Source: an uncultured Gemmatimonadota bacterium
GTDB lineage: Bacteria > GCA-2686955 > CAYMWF01
Direction: 5' to 3'
Assembly (NCBI GenBank): GCA_964394085.1
Contig: CAYMWF010000003.1
Location: forward strand, 16,637-80,636
Length of the DNA: 64,000 nt
In this document: piece by piece, positions 17,521-26,376 of the stretch
How positions within the stretch are numbered: position 1 is the stretch's first letter
Layout: the number at the start of each line of letters is the position of its first letter
The notes under the pieces: model-generated
Databases searched by the model: none
Told to the model about the DNA's origin: nothing
Seen by the model: only the letters and a program-made list of their open reading frames with translations
Position numbers and translations under genes: made by a program

Positions 17521-19866
17521 GTGATCGTGCCTGACAACAAACTTGAGAACAGTGTAGTAGGAACTTCTCCGGCCCGGCTCGATGCTCCGGACAAAGCCAC
17601 CGGACGCGCCATGTTCGTGGATGATTATGACCTGCCGGGGATGCTGCACGGGGCGGTTATACGGTGCCCCTCTCCGAGGGCCCTGCTGACCGGCATCGAT
17701 TTCACCGACTGCGCGGCGGCTCCCGGTGTCGTGACCTGCCTGGATGCATCCGGGATTCCGGGCGAGAATGTCATACCGGTCATTTTCCGCGACATGCCCT
17801 GTCTCGCGAAAGACGAGGTGCGGTTCTCCGGCGAACCTGTAGCCGTGGTGGCCGCCGACACCCGGGATCGCGCCCGAAAGGCTGCGGCACTGGCTGAAGT
17901 TTCGTTCGAAGAGCTTCCCGCGGTGCTGGACCCGGAGGTAGCGCTGAACGGCGAGCCGGACACTCCCCTGATTTACGGCGACAACAACTGCTTTACCGAA
18001 TATCTGGTCGACCGGGGCGACGTGGACGCCCTGTTCTCCACCGCGGACCTCGTGGTCGAAAACAGCTATCGAACGCCTTACCAGGAACACGCATACCTCG
18101 AAACACAGGGAATGATCGCCGCGATGCAGCCCGGCGGCGTAATGCGGATACTGGGCTCGATGCAGTGCCCGTTCTACGTCCGCGAGGCCGTGGCCGCCGT
18201 TCTGGGATTTCCCCTCGCGAAGGTCCAGGTCGTCCAGGCCGCGACGGGCGGGGCTTTCGGGGGCAAGGAGGACGTACCCTCGATCGTGGCATCCCAGGCC
18301 GCCCTCCTCGCCTGGAAAACGGGCAGACCGGTAAAGCTCATCTACACCCGCGAAGAAGACATCATTTCGATGAGCAAGCGCCATCCCGGCAGAATCCGCT
18401 ACAAAACCGCCGTTTCCGGGGATGGAAAACTGCTCGCCATGGATGTGGATTATATCCTCGACGCCGGGGCGTATTCGACCCTTTCCCCCGTTGTGCTCTG
18501 GCGGGGGGCGGTTCATGCGTGCGGGCCGTACAAGCTTGAAGGCGTAAGGGTCCGGGCCCGGGCCGCGGCGACCAACAGGGTGCCGTGCGGCGCATTCAGG
18601 GGGTTCGGCTCCCCCCAGATCCTGTTCGCCGTGGAGTCCCAGGTGGACGAAGCCGCCGCGAAACTCGGTCTCGATCCCGTGGAATTCCGCCTGAACAACA
18701 TCCTCGAACAGGGAGATGAAACCGCCGGCGGTCAACTCCTGAGAGACAGCGTGGGGCTGAGAGAAACACTGGAGACGGCGGCTGAAAAATCCGCCTGGGG
18801 GGAGAAACGGGTCTCTTTTTCTTCCGATCCGCCTGAAAACGAGCGGTTCAGGCGCGGGATCGGATGCTCCACCGTGCTCTACGGCGTCGGCCTCGGGGCG
18901 GGCGGAGAGCATCTCGCCCGGACCGGAGCATACGTTCAGCTCGAACCGGACGGCAGCGCCGTTTTTGCCGTGGGAACCACCGAGATGGGCCAGGGCATGA
19001 CCACCGTCCTCGGGCAGATCGTGGCGGAAGAGCTCGGTCTCGATATATCAAGGGTCCGGATGATGCCGACCGACACCTCCAGGGTTCCCGACAGCGGCCC
19101 GACCGTCGCCTCCCGCTCGACGACCATGTCCGGCAACGCTCTTCGCGATGCTTGCTCACCCGTCCGTCGGACGCTCCTCGAATACGCCGCCAAAAAACTC
19201 GGCGTCCGCCCCGGCAGCGTTTCTCTGGCAAACGGCAGAGCCGAATCCGCGAAAAAATCCGGCGGTAAACGCGGCGACGGCAGCGAATCGATACCGCTCT
19301 CGGAAGTGCTGGCCGACGCTTTCGCCGATCGCGCGCAGCTTTCCGGGCACGGCTGGTACCGGGTTCCCCATCTCGAGTGGCGAAACAGGGACGGGCAGGG
19401 AGACGCCTATATAACCTATGCTTTCGCCGCGAACATCGCGGAGGTGGAGGTCGACACCTTCACCGGAGAGGTCCGGCTGCTGCGCCTTACCGCCGCCCAT
19501 GACGTGGGAAAGGCCGTCAATCCCCGTGAAGTGCGCGGGCAGATAGAAGGCGGGTCGCTCCAGGGAGCCGGTTACGCTCTCTGGGAACGCATCGTTTCCG
19601 AAAACGGAATCATTACGAACCCGGATTTTTCCACCTACATAATACCGACCGCGGTCGACGCCCCGGCCTTCGAACCGCTTATCGTAGAAGCTCCTTTCCC
19701 CGGCGGACCTTTCGGAGCCAAGGGGTTCGGGGAGCAGCCGCTCATGGGCGTCGCTCCGGCCGTGACCTCGGCTATTTTCAACGCAACCGGCGCGCGGATC
19801 ACGGAAATACCGGCGACGCCTGAACGCGTCCTCGGCCTCATCAAGGAAAAACCGGATGAATACTGA
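17521..19866 (+). CDS. Xanthine dehydrogenase family molybdopterin-binding large subunit, set 1
   Basis: The ORF is 781 aa. It has an a/b-hammerhead N-terminus (GRAMFVDDYDLPGMLHG), QAATGGAFGGKED (a GGxFGGKE-type motif) and GFGEQPLMGVAPAV with the catalytic Glu near the C-terminus. GGGAGG lies upstream of the GTG. Confidence 0.85.
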   Translation: MIVPDNKLENSVVGTSPARLDAPDKATGRAMFVDDYDLPGMLHGAVIRCPSPRALLTGIDFTDCAAAPGVVTCLDASGIPGENVIPVIFRDMPCLAKDEVRFSGEPVAVVAADTRDRARKAAALAEVSFEELPAVLDPEVALNGEPDTPLIYGDNNCFTEYLVDRGDVDALFSTADLVVENSYRTPYQEHAYLETQGMIAAMQPGGVMRILGSMQCPFYVREAVAAVLGFPLAKVQVVQAATGGAFGGKEDVPSIVASQAALLAWKTGRPVKLIYTREEDIISMSKRHPGRIRYKTAVSGDGKLLAMDVDYILDAGAYSTLSPVVLWRGAVHACGPYKLEGVRVRARAAATNRVPCGAFRGFGSPQILFAVESQVDEAAAKLGLDPVEFRLNNILEQGDETAGGQLLRDSVGLRETLETAAEKSAWGEKRVSFSSDPPENERFRRGIGCSTVLYGVGLGAGGEHLARTGAYVQLEPDGSAVFAVGTTEMGQGMTTVLGQIVAEELGLDISRVRMMPTDTSRVPDSGPTVASRSTTMSGNALRDACSPVRRTLLEYAAKKLGVRPGSVSLANGRAESAKKSGGKRGDGSESIPLSEVLADAFADRAQLSGHGWYRVPHLEWRNRDGQGDAYITYAFAANIAEVEVDTFTGEVRLLRLTAAHDVGKAVNPREVRGQIEGGSLQGAGYALWERIVSENGIITNPDFSTYIIPTAVDAPAFEPLIVEAPFPGGPFGAKGFGEQPLMGVAPAVTSAIFNATGARITEIPATPERVLGLIKEKPDEY

Positions 19867-20365
19867 CCCGAAACCGCTCCAGGACCGGGACACGGTTCTG
19901 GTAAATCTGACAGTAAACGGTGAAACCCGCACCCTCCGGGTTCCTGCCATGAAACGCCTGGTGGACCTTCTGAGAAGCGACCTCGGCCTGACCGGGACGA
20001 AAGAAGGATGCGGAAAGGGCGAGTGCGGGGCGTGCTCGATTCTTTTAAACGGCAAGCCGGTGAATTCCTGCCTCGTGCCCGCATTCCAGGCCGACGGTGC
20101 GGAAATCGGAACCGTTGAAGGTCTGGAATCACCCGACGGGACGCTTCATCCGGTGCAGAAAGCTTTTATCGAGGAGGGCGCCATACAGTGCGGATTCTGC
20201 ACACCGGGCGCGGAGCTCGCCGCGGTCGCTCTCCTCGAGCAGGATCCGGATCCGGACGAGGAAACGATCCGCGACGCTCTTTCGGGAAACCTCTGCCGCT
20301 GCACGGGTTACGCGGCGATGGTCAAAGCGGTGGCGGCCGCGGCGGGAAAAGTCGGTTCGGGTTGA
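19856..20365 (+). CDS. [2Fe-2S]-binding small subunit, set 1
   Basis: The ORF is 169 aa. It has CGKGECGACSILLNG..VNSC, QCGFCTPG and LCRCTGY. It overlaps the large-subunit stop by 11 nt. Confidence 0.85.
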   Translation: MNTDPKPLQDRDTVLVNLTVNGETRTLRVPAMKRLVDLLRSDLGLTGTKEGCGKGECGACSILLNGKPVNSCLVPAFQADGAEIGTVEGLESPDGTLHPVQKAFIEEGAIQCGFCTPGAELAAVALLEQDPDPDEETIRDALSGNLCRCTGYAAMVKAVAAAAGKVGSG

Positions 20366-20439
20366 GGTCGCGCAGGGATAAAAGAGATTTCAGGATTTTA
20401 TTTTTTAGCTGAAATGCAAAACGGGATTAGGAGAGTTCG

Positions 20440-21207
20440 ATGGCTGACATCCTCGAAGAAATGATACGGCTCGAACGTTCGGGGATTTCTTACTCGATCC
20501 TCACCGTGGTGAAAACAACCGGCTCCACACCCCGCGAGGCGGGAGCCAAGATGATAGTCACCCGGGAAGAGGCCGCAGGCACCATCGGCGGCGCCCTGGT
20601 GGAAAAAGATGCGATGGAAGCGGGACGGGCCGCCCTTGAAACCGGCAGACCCGAACTCCTCGAATTCATCCTCAGGGAAGGTGAATCGGGCATGACCTGC
20701 GGCGGCTCCATGACCATCTTCGTGGAACCGGTTCTGAGCCGTCCCGCGCTCTACATTTTCGGGGCGGGCCACGTCGGTACCGCTCTCGCCGAACTGGCCG
20801 GAAAGCTCGAATTCCGGGTGATCGTGCTCGACAGCCGCGCCGAATGGGCGGATGCCGGGAGGCTGCCAGGCGCCGCGGAAGCCAGGGTGGATTCTTACGA
20901 AAACCTCGCCACCCGCCTGGAAAGCACCCCGAACGACTATATCGTTATAATGACCCATTCCCACGCCATCGATCAGGAGGTTCTCGGCGCGGTCCTCGAA
21001 AAACCGTACCGCTACCTGGGTCTGATCTGCAGCAAGCGGAAGAAATCTGTTCTATTCGGGAACCTGGAAGAAGCCGGAAAACCGAGAGAGCTTCTTGATA
21101 AGGTCTACTCGCCGATCGGGTTGAAAATCCACTCCGAAACACCCGAAGAAATAGCGGTGAGCATAGCCGCGGAGCTTATTCTGGTCAGAAGAGGAGGAGA
21201 CAGGTGA
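20440..21207 (+). CDS. xdhC: XdhC/CoxI-family molybdenum cofactor insertion/sulfuration chaperone
   Basis: The ORF is 255 aa. It has TGSTPREAGAKMIV....GTIGGG in the N-terminal domain and the Rossmann-like LYIFGAGHVGTALAELA in the C-terminal domain. Confidence 0.8.
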   Translation: MADILEEMIRLERSGISYSILTVVKTTGSTPREAGAKMIVTREEAAGTIGGALVEKDAMEAGRAALETGRPELLEFILREGESGMTCGGSMTIFVEPVLSRPALYIFGAGHVGTALAELAGKLEFRVIVLDSRAEWADAGRLPGAAEARVDSYENLATRLESTPNDYIVIMTHSHAIDQEVLGAVLEKPYRYLGLICSKRKKSVLFGNLEEAGKPRELLDKVYSPIGLKIHSETPEEIAVSIAAELILVRRGGDR

Positions 21208-22070
21208 CGACGACAACCCACGCGCCGCGAAATCTTGCCGATGCACTCGAGCTCCTCGAAGAATACGGCGGAAACGCGGGACCGCTGGCCGGAGGCACCG
21301 ATCTTCTGATCACCGGGGCGAAAACCGACGCGCTGATCTCTCTCCACCGTATCCGCGAACTCGGCGGAATCCACCGCTCCGGCGACCGGATCGTAATCGG
21401 CGCCATGGCTACGCACGGCGATATCCAGGCCTCGCCGGAAACAGGGAAATACCTGCCCTCCCTCCGGGACGCCGCGGCCTCCGTCGGCAGCCCCCAGATC
21501 AGGAACAGGGGCACGATAGGCGGCAACCTGGCCAATGCCTCGCCGGCGGGTGACCTGATTCCGCCGCTTTACGCCTGCGATGCCGTTTTGAACCTGGTAT
21601 CAAAAAGCGGGGAAAGGGATGTCAGGGTGTTTCGATTTTTCACCGGCCCGGGCGAGACGGTCCTGCAGCCCGGCGAACTGATAAAATCGATAACGGTGCC
21701 GATCCCTGAGGGAAAGTTCTACCAGTGTTTCAAGAAACTGGGCCAGCGGCGGGCTCTGGCAATTTCGAAAATCAGCCTTGCCCTGGCCGCTGACAGGCTC
21801 AGGAAAAACGGCTCCGGGCCGATGAAAGAACGCCTGAGGATCTCCCTGGGCGCAGTGGCTCCCACGGTAATACGGGCGCATGAAACCGAACGGATCCTCA
21901 CCGGACGCCTCCTCGATAATGAGGCCGTGGAGCGGGCCGTGGAAAAAATACAGCAGGAAGTATCCCCCATAGGTGATATCCGCTCATCGATGACTTACAG
22001 GCGCGAAATGTCCGCAGTGCTGGCCCGCGACGCCATCGACGAACTGACTGAATATATAAAGCGAATGTGA
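21204..22070 (+). CDS. FAD-binding medium subunit (CO dehydrogenase flavoprotein-like), set 1
   Basis: The ORF is 288 aa. It has LAGGTDLLI, IRNRGTIGGNLANASPAGD and a C-terminal D.RSSMTYRREM. The GTG start overlaps the xdhC stop (GTGA), with GGAGGAG upstream. Confidence 0.8.
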   Translation: MTTTTHAPRNLADALELLEEYGGNAGPLAGGTDLLITGAKTDALISLHRIRELGGIHRSGDRIVIGAMATHGDIQASPETGKYLPSLRDAAASVGSPQIRNRGTIGGNLANASPAGDLIPPLYACDAVLNLVSKSGERDVRVFRFFTGPGETVLQPGELIKSITVPIPEGKFYQCFKKLGQRRALAISKISLALAADRLRKNGSGPMKERLRISLGAVAPTVIRAHETERILTGRLLDNEAVERAVEKIQQEVSPIGDIRSSMTYRREMSAVLARDAIDELTEYIKRM

Positions 22071-22185
22071 TAAAGTAGGGCGGTGCAGCCGCCATGACGC
22101 ACAGGGAACAGCGCCCGAGAGCATCCGGCTCCGCGGGACGGTTGTCCCTTCGAACCTTCGGAAACCGTTTTCACCGGAAGATGCC

Positions 22186-22446
22186 ATGCCAAGACGAACA
22201 AAAAAGAAAGATATAAGCATTGAACTTCTCGGTCCCATGAAACTCCCGGACGGGCGCCGGCGGATTACCAGGTCGGTCGGTTCGGGAGAAACGATGCCTG
22301 TCAGAGAACTCGTCCTCGCGGCGGGTTTTACTGAGGAAGAAGCAAATTTCCTGATCGTATCCCGCAACAACAAAACTCTTGCTCCCGGCGATTTACTGAA
22401 ACCGGGAGACTCCGTTACGATCTTTCTCCCCGTCGGCGGGGGATAA
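22186..22446 (+). CDS. MoaD/ThiS-family beta-grasp sulfur-carrier-like protein ending in Gly-Gly
   Basis: The ORF is 86 aa. The C-terminal half, FLIVSRNNKTLAPGDLLKPGDSVTIFLPVGGG, matches the canonical ..vNg......L.dGD.v.i.PpvsGG ending of MoaD/ThiS. It also has a Lys-rich N-terminal extension. Confidence 0.6.
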   Translation: MPRRTKKKDISIELLGPMKLPDGRRRITRSVGSGETMPVRELVLAAGFTEEEANFLIVSRNNKTLAPGDLLKPGDSVTIFLPVGGG

Positions 22447-22526
22447 TAATAAAACGTTACTTAATTTCACCGGGGTCTACCGGTTCCTCAATGAGCATGA
22501 AAGGTCCGGGCAGGCCAGGAGTCGCC

Positions 22527-24026
22527 ATGAAACATATTCATTTCCCGAGTTCCATCGAAGAAGCCGCCGCTGTATCGTCCGAATCGGGCGGCGATTCGAT
22601 ACCTGTCGGCGGAGCCACCAGCTTCGTCTTTACTAAAGCGAGACCGCAGGCCGGGTTTATCGATCTGAGCCGCGCCGGGCTGGACTACCTGACGGCCGGA
22701 CCTCACGGGCTCCAGATCGGATCTTCGATCACGGTCCAGGAACTTGCCGGAGGTGACATCGCCCCTTTCCTGCCGGATGCCCTCGTCGAAAGCGCGGTCT
22801 CCGTCGGAACCAGGCAATTACGCAACATGATAACCCTCGGAGGCAATATCGCGCGGATTTTCCCCTGGTCGGATCTCCCCGTCCCGCTTCTGGCACTGGA
22901 TGCCGTAATTGTCATAGCTTCCCCCGATGGAGAACGGAGCATCCGGGCCGGCGGTTACTTCAAGAAGCAACCCGCAGCGATCCTGAAACCCGGCGATATC
23001 ATCAAAGAGGTGCTGATTGATACCGCGGACGAAGAGCCGTCCGGCGGAACCGCCACGGGAACCTCTTTCATGAAATTCAACAGGTTGAAGAGGGAGCTTG
23101 CTTATGCAACGGCTGCGGCCGTGGTGCGTCTGGAAGACGGCTGCATCCGTGATGCATCGGTTGTGGTCGGCGGGTTGGGCGCACTTCCGGCGGAGATCGC
23201 CGACGCAACGGCTCTGCTGATCGGCAAGGAACCGGGAGAGGTTAACGAGAAGACCGTCGCACAGACCGTTGTAAACCAGGTAACCCCGATCCGCGATCAC
23301 CGTGCGTCCAGAGAATACAGAGCTCACATCGGCGGAGTTTTAACCGGAAGAGCAGTTTCCACGGCCCTGGAGCGGGCTGTTGCCGCAGCCGCCGCGAAAA
23401 AAACATCAACAGGTGGAACCGGCGGCTCAGGAAAAATCCGTTTCGTGAAAGAACCGGGCTCCTCTCCCGGGGCCGACTCCTTCTCCGACCCCGGAAAATC
23501 CGGCTCTCCCCTGTCTGCCGGGGATTCCGGGGGAGCCGACGACAGACAATCCGTCGGGTTCGTTCTGAACGGCTCTTTTCGCGAATTCCGGTGCGCCCCG
23601 GACGAATCTCTCCTCGATATGCTTCGCGCCGAAGGGTACACCGGTTCGAAGAGAGGCTGCGAAGACGGATCCTGCGGAGCGTGCACCGTTCTGCTGGACG
23701 GCCGCACGATACTGTCGTGTCTTCTGCCCGCAGGGCTCGCCGAAGGCAGGGAGATAACGACCATAGAAGGTATCGGCTCGGTCGACAACCCTCATCCCAT
23801 CCAGAAAGCGCTCGTAGACGCGGGAGGAGTCCAGTGCGGATACTGCACGCCGGGGGTAGTGCTCACCGTGAAGTCTCTGCTCGACGCCCGGCCCGATCCG
23901 ACGGAACAGGATTTCAGGGAGGCCCTTGACGGGAACCTCTGCCGATGCACGGGCTACGTTAAGATCCTGGACGGCGCGCGGAACGCCGCCGCCGATCTCG
24001 CAGGCGCGAAGGGGGTGGACGAATGA
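22527..24026 (+). CDS. Fused FAD-binding (N-terminal) and [2Fe-2S]-binding (C-terminal) subunit, set 2
   Basis: The ATG at 22527 has AGGAG 5 nt upstream and gives MKHIHFPSSIEEAAAV. The FAD domain has ITLGGNIA and D.RASREYR. A roughly 60-aa G/S/P-rich linker follows. The C-terminal part has CEDGSCGACTVLLDG..ILSC, QCGYCTPG and LCRCTGY. Confidence 0.8.
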   Translation: MKHIHFPSSIEEAAAVSSESGGDSIPVGGATSFVFTKARPQAGFIDLSRAGLDYLTAGPHGLQIGSSITVQELAGGDIAPFLPDALVESAVSVGTRQLRNMITLGGNIARIFPWSDLPVPLLALDAVIVIASPDGERSIRAGGYFKKQPAAILKPGDIIKEVLIDTADEEPSGGTATGTSFMKFNRLKRELAYATAAAVVRLEDGCIRDASVVVGGLGALPAEIADATALLIGKEPGEVNEKTVAQTVVNQVTPIRDHRASREYRAHIGGVLTGRAVSTALERAVAAAAAKKTSTGGTGGSGKIRFVKEPGSSPGADSFSDPGKSGSPLSAGDSGGADDRQSVGFVLNGSFREFRCAPDESLLDMLRAEGYTGSKRGCEDGSCGACTVLLDGRTILSCLLPAGLAEGREITTIEGIGSVDNPHPIQKALVDAGGVQCGYCTPGVVLTVKSLLDARPDPTEQDFREALDGNLCRCTGYVKILDGARNAAADLAGAKGVDE

Positions 24027-26365
24027 AGACTCAGCAACCTGACACTAAAGTCGTCGGAACGTCGGTTCGCAAGATCGACGGGATTGCACTCGCCTGCGGA
24101 ACCGCCACCTTCGTGGCTGATGAACTGCCCCGCAATACACTGCACGCAGCCGTATTATGGTCACCGCATCCCCATGCCAGGATAACCCGGATCGATACGG
24201 AGAAAGCCGAAGCCATACCCGGGGTCCATGCCGTCCTGACGCACAAAAACGTGCCCCGCGTACCGCATACGACGGCAGGTCAGGGGTACCCGGAGCCGTC
24301 GCCGTACGACGCCGTCATCCTCGACTCGAAAGTGCGTTTCGTCGGCGACAGGGTCGCCGCGGTGGCCGCGGAAACCGCAGAGATCGCCGCCGAAGCCGTC
24401 GCCGCAATCGAGGTAGAATATGAAATCCTCGAGCCTGTGCTCGATCCTCTCGAGGCGCTGAAAGAAGGCGCCCCCGTCATCCACGATCAACCCGATGCAA
24501 AGGTCATCATCCCTATCGAGTATGATCCTTCGCGTAATCTCGTTGCCCGCGTCGAAGTATCGATCGGCGATACGGAAAAGGGTCTTGAAGATAGCGACCT
24601 CGTATCCGATGCAAGATTCGAGACCCCGTACGCCCACCACGTTCCCATCGAGCCGCACGTCACCCTGGCGAAAATCGACGGGAACGGCAGGCTCCTCATC
24701 AGGACAAGCACCCAGGTCCCCTTCCACGTTCGAAGGATCGTGGCGCAAGCCCTGGAAATCCCCGTCGGGCGGATTCGCGTGGTAAAACCGCGGATCGGCG
24801 GCGGGTTCGGCGTCAAGCAAGAAGTGCTTATCGAGGATCTCACTGCCATCCTGGCTCTCCGGACGAACCGCCCGGTGCTGCTCCAGTATACGAGAAGCGA
24901 AGAATTCGTCAGCTCCCGGACCCGTCATCCGATGATCATCGACCTCAAAGCAGGCATGTCCAAAACCGGCGAACTCCGCGCGATCTCGATGGATATCCTG
25001 TCGAACACCGGGGCATACGGCTCCCACGGCCTCACGGTCGTGTGCAACTGCGGAAGCAAGGTTCTGCCGCTCTACAAGTGGCGTGACATCTATTTCCAGG
25101 GGCGCGCCGTCTACACGAACCTTCCTGTCGGCGGAGCGTACAGGGGTTACGGCGCCACCCAGGCCGCTTTCGCCGTTGAATCGGCTGTCGACGAGCTGGC
25201 CCATGCCGCGGGGCTCGATCCCCTCGATATCAGGCTGAAAAACCGCATCCTCCCTGGTGAGACATCTCCCGTTTTCAAGGCGCTGGGCGAGGGGAAAGCC
25301 GGTGTGGAGCAGTCGATAGGAAGCTGCGGGCTCGAAGAATGCCTGAAACAGGGCGCTGCAGCCATAGGCTGGGACCACCGGGACCGAATCAGGGACGCCT
25401 CCACCTGGCCGAAACAGCGGGGAATCGGGATGGCCGCCCTCATGCAGGGGTCGAGCATTCCTGAAATCGACATGGGCGCAGCCACCATCAAGATGAATGA
25501 AGACGGATACTTCAACCTGCTGGTCGGCGCAACGGATCTCGGCACCGGCAGCGACACCATACTGGCCCAGATCGCCGCGGAAGTGCTGGGAACCGACACA
25601 GACAAGTTCATCGTCCACTCTTCGGATACCGATTTTACGCCTTTCGATGTCGGGGCTTACGCATCGAGCACTACATACCTGTCAGGGGCCGCAGTGGTGA
25701 AAGCGGCGGAAAAAGTGCGAGGGAAAATCTGCGAGGTCGCTTCGAAAATGCTCGGAGACCCGCCGGATTCCCTCGAATGCTCCGGCGGACGGGTGAAAGG
25801 CCCGTCGGGTGAAGTCTCCTTCGCGGATGTTGCCAACAGGAGCCTTTACCAGGAGGACCAGTTCCAGATTGCCGCCACCGAATCCCACGTGACCCGCAAA
25901 TCGCCCCCGCCCTTCGCCGCCCATTTCGTGGAGGTCGAGGTCGACGTGGAGACGGGCCTGATCAAAGTCGTGAAATATGTCGCGGCGGTCGACTGCGGAG
26001 TCGCGATCAATCCCGTCCTCGCCGAAGGGCAGACCGAGGGTGCGGTGCTCAACGGAATCAGCTACGCTCTAAGCGAAGAATACCTTTTCGACGAGAACGG
26101 CAGGATGATGAACGATGCCCTGTCGCGGTACGGCATCTACTCCACCGCCGACCTCCCCGAGCTGGTAACCATTCACGTGCCGACATATGAAGACACCGGG
26201 CCCTTCGGCTCCAAATCGGTTTCTGAAATCTCGATAAACGGAGCGATGCCGGCGATTGCCAATGCTGTTTTCCATGCCACCGGCGTTCGCCTCAGGAAAG
26301 GACCGTTCACCCCGGAGGTGGTGCTGGAAGGCATCCGGAACCTCCGGTCGAACATGACCGCATAA
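24023..26365 (+). CDS. Xanthine dehydrogenase family molybdopterin-binding large subunit, set 2
   Basis: The ORF is 780 aa. It has GTATFVADELPRNTLHA, KPRIGGGFGVKQE and GPFGSKSVSEISINGAMPAI. Its start overlaps the upstream stop (ATGA). Confidence 0.85.
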   Translation: MKTQQPDTKVVGTSVRKIDGIALACGTATFVADELPRNTLHAAVLWSPHPHARITRIDTEKAEAIPGVHAVLTHKNVPRVPHTTAGQGYPEPSPYDAVILDSKVRFVGDRVAAVAAETAEIAAEAVAAIEVEYEILEPVLDPLEALKEGAPVIHDQPDAKVIIPIEYDPSRNLVARVEVSIGDTEKGLEDSDLVSDARFETPYAHHVPIEPHVTLAKIDGNGRLLIRTSTQVPFHVRRIVAQALEIPVGRIRVVKPRIGGGFGVKQEVLIEDLTAILALRTNRPVLLQYTRSEEFVSSRTRHPMIIDLKAGMSKTGELRAISMDILSNTGAYGSHGLTVVCNCGSKVLPLYKWRDIYFQGRAVYTNLPVGGAYRGYGATQAAFAVESAVDELAHAAGLDPLDIRLKNRILPGETSPVFKALGEGKAGVEQSIGSCGLEECLKQGAAAIGWDHRDRIRDASTWPKQRGIGMAALMQGSSIPEIDMGAATIKMNEDGYFNLLVGATDLGTGSDTILAQIAAEVLGTDTDKFIVHSSDTDFTPFDVGAYASSTTYLSGAAVVKAAEKVRGKICEVASKMLGDPPDSLECSGGRVKGPSGEVSFADVANRSLYQEDQFQIAATESHVTRKSPPPFAAHFVEVEVDVETGLIKVVKYVAAVDCGVAINPVLAEGQTEGAVLNGISYALSEEYLFDENGRMMNDALSRYGIYSTADLPELVTIHVPTYEDTGPFGSKSVSEISINGAMPAIANAVFHATGVRLRKGPFTPEVVLEGIRNLRSNMTA

Positions 26366-26376
26366 AGGAATCACCG

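Noticed and set aside
17422-18912. A 496-aa ORF on the minus strand, fully antisense to the first Xdh large-subunit gene.
   Set aside because: The sense gene has clear family motifs along its whole length. The antisense product is Arg/Gly/Pro/His-rich low-complexity sequence with no motif. Long shadow ORFs are expected in ~60-65% GC coding DNA. The same reasoning applies to the shorter antisense ORFs listed between 17.6 and 20.1 kb.
24161-25618. A 485-aa minus-strand ORF antisense to the second Xdh large-subunit gene.
   Set aside because: This is the same situation: a shadow ORF of a GC-rich, motif-rich sense gene. There are no recognisable domains, and its composition is dominated by R/G/D/P.
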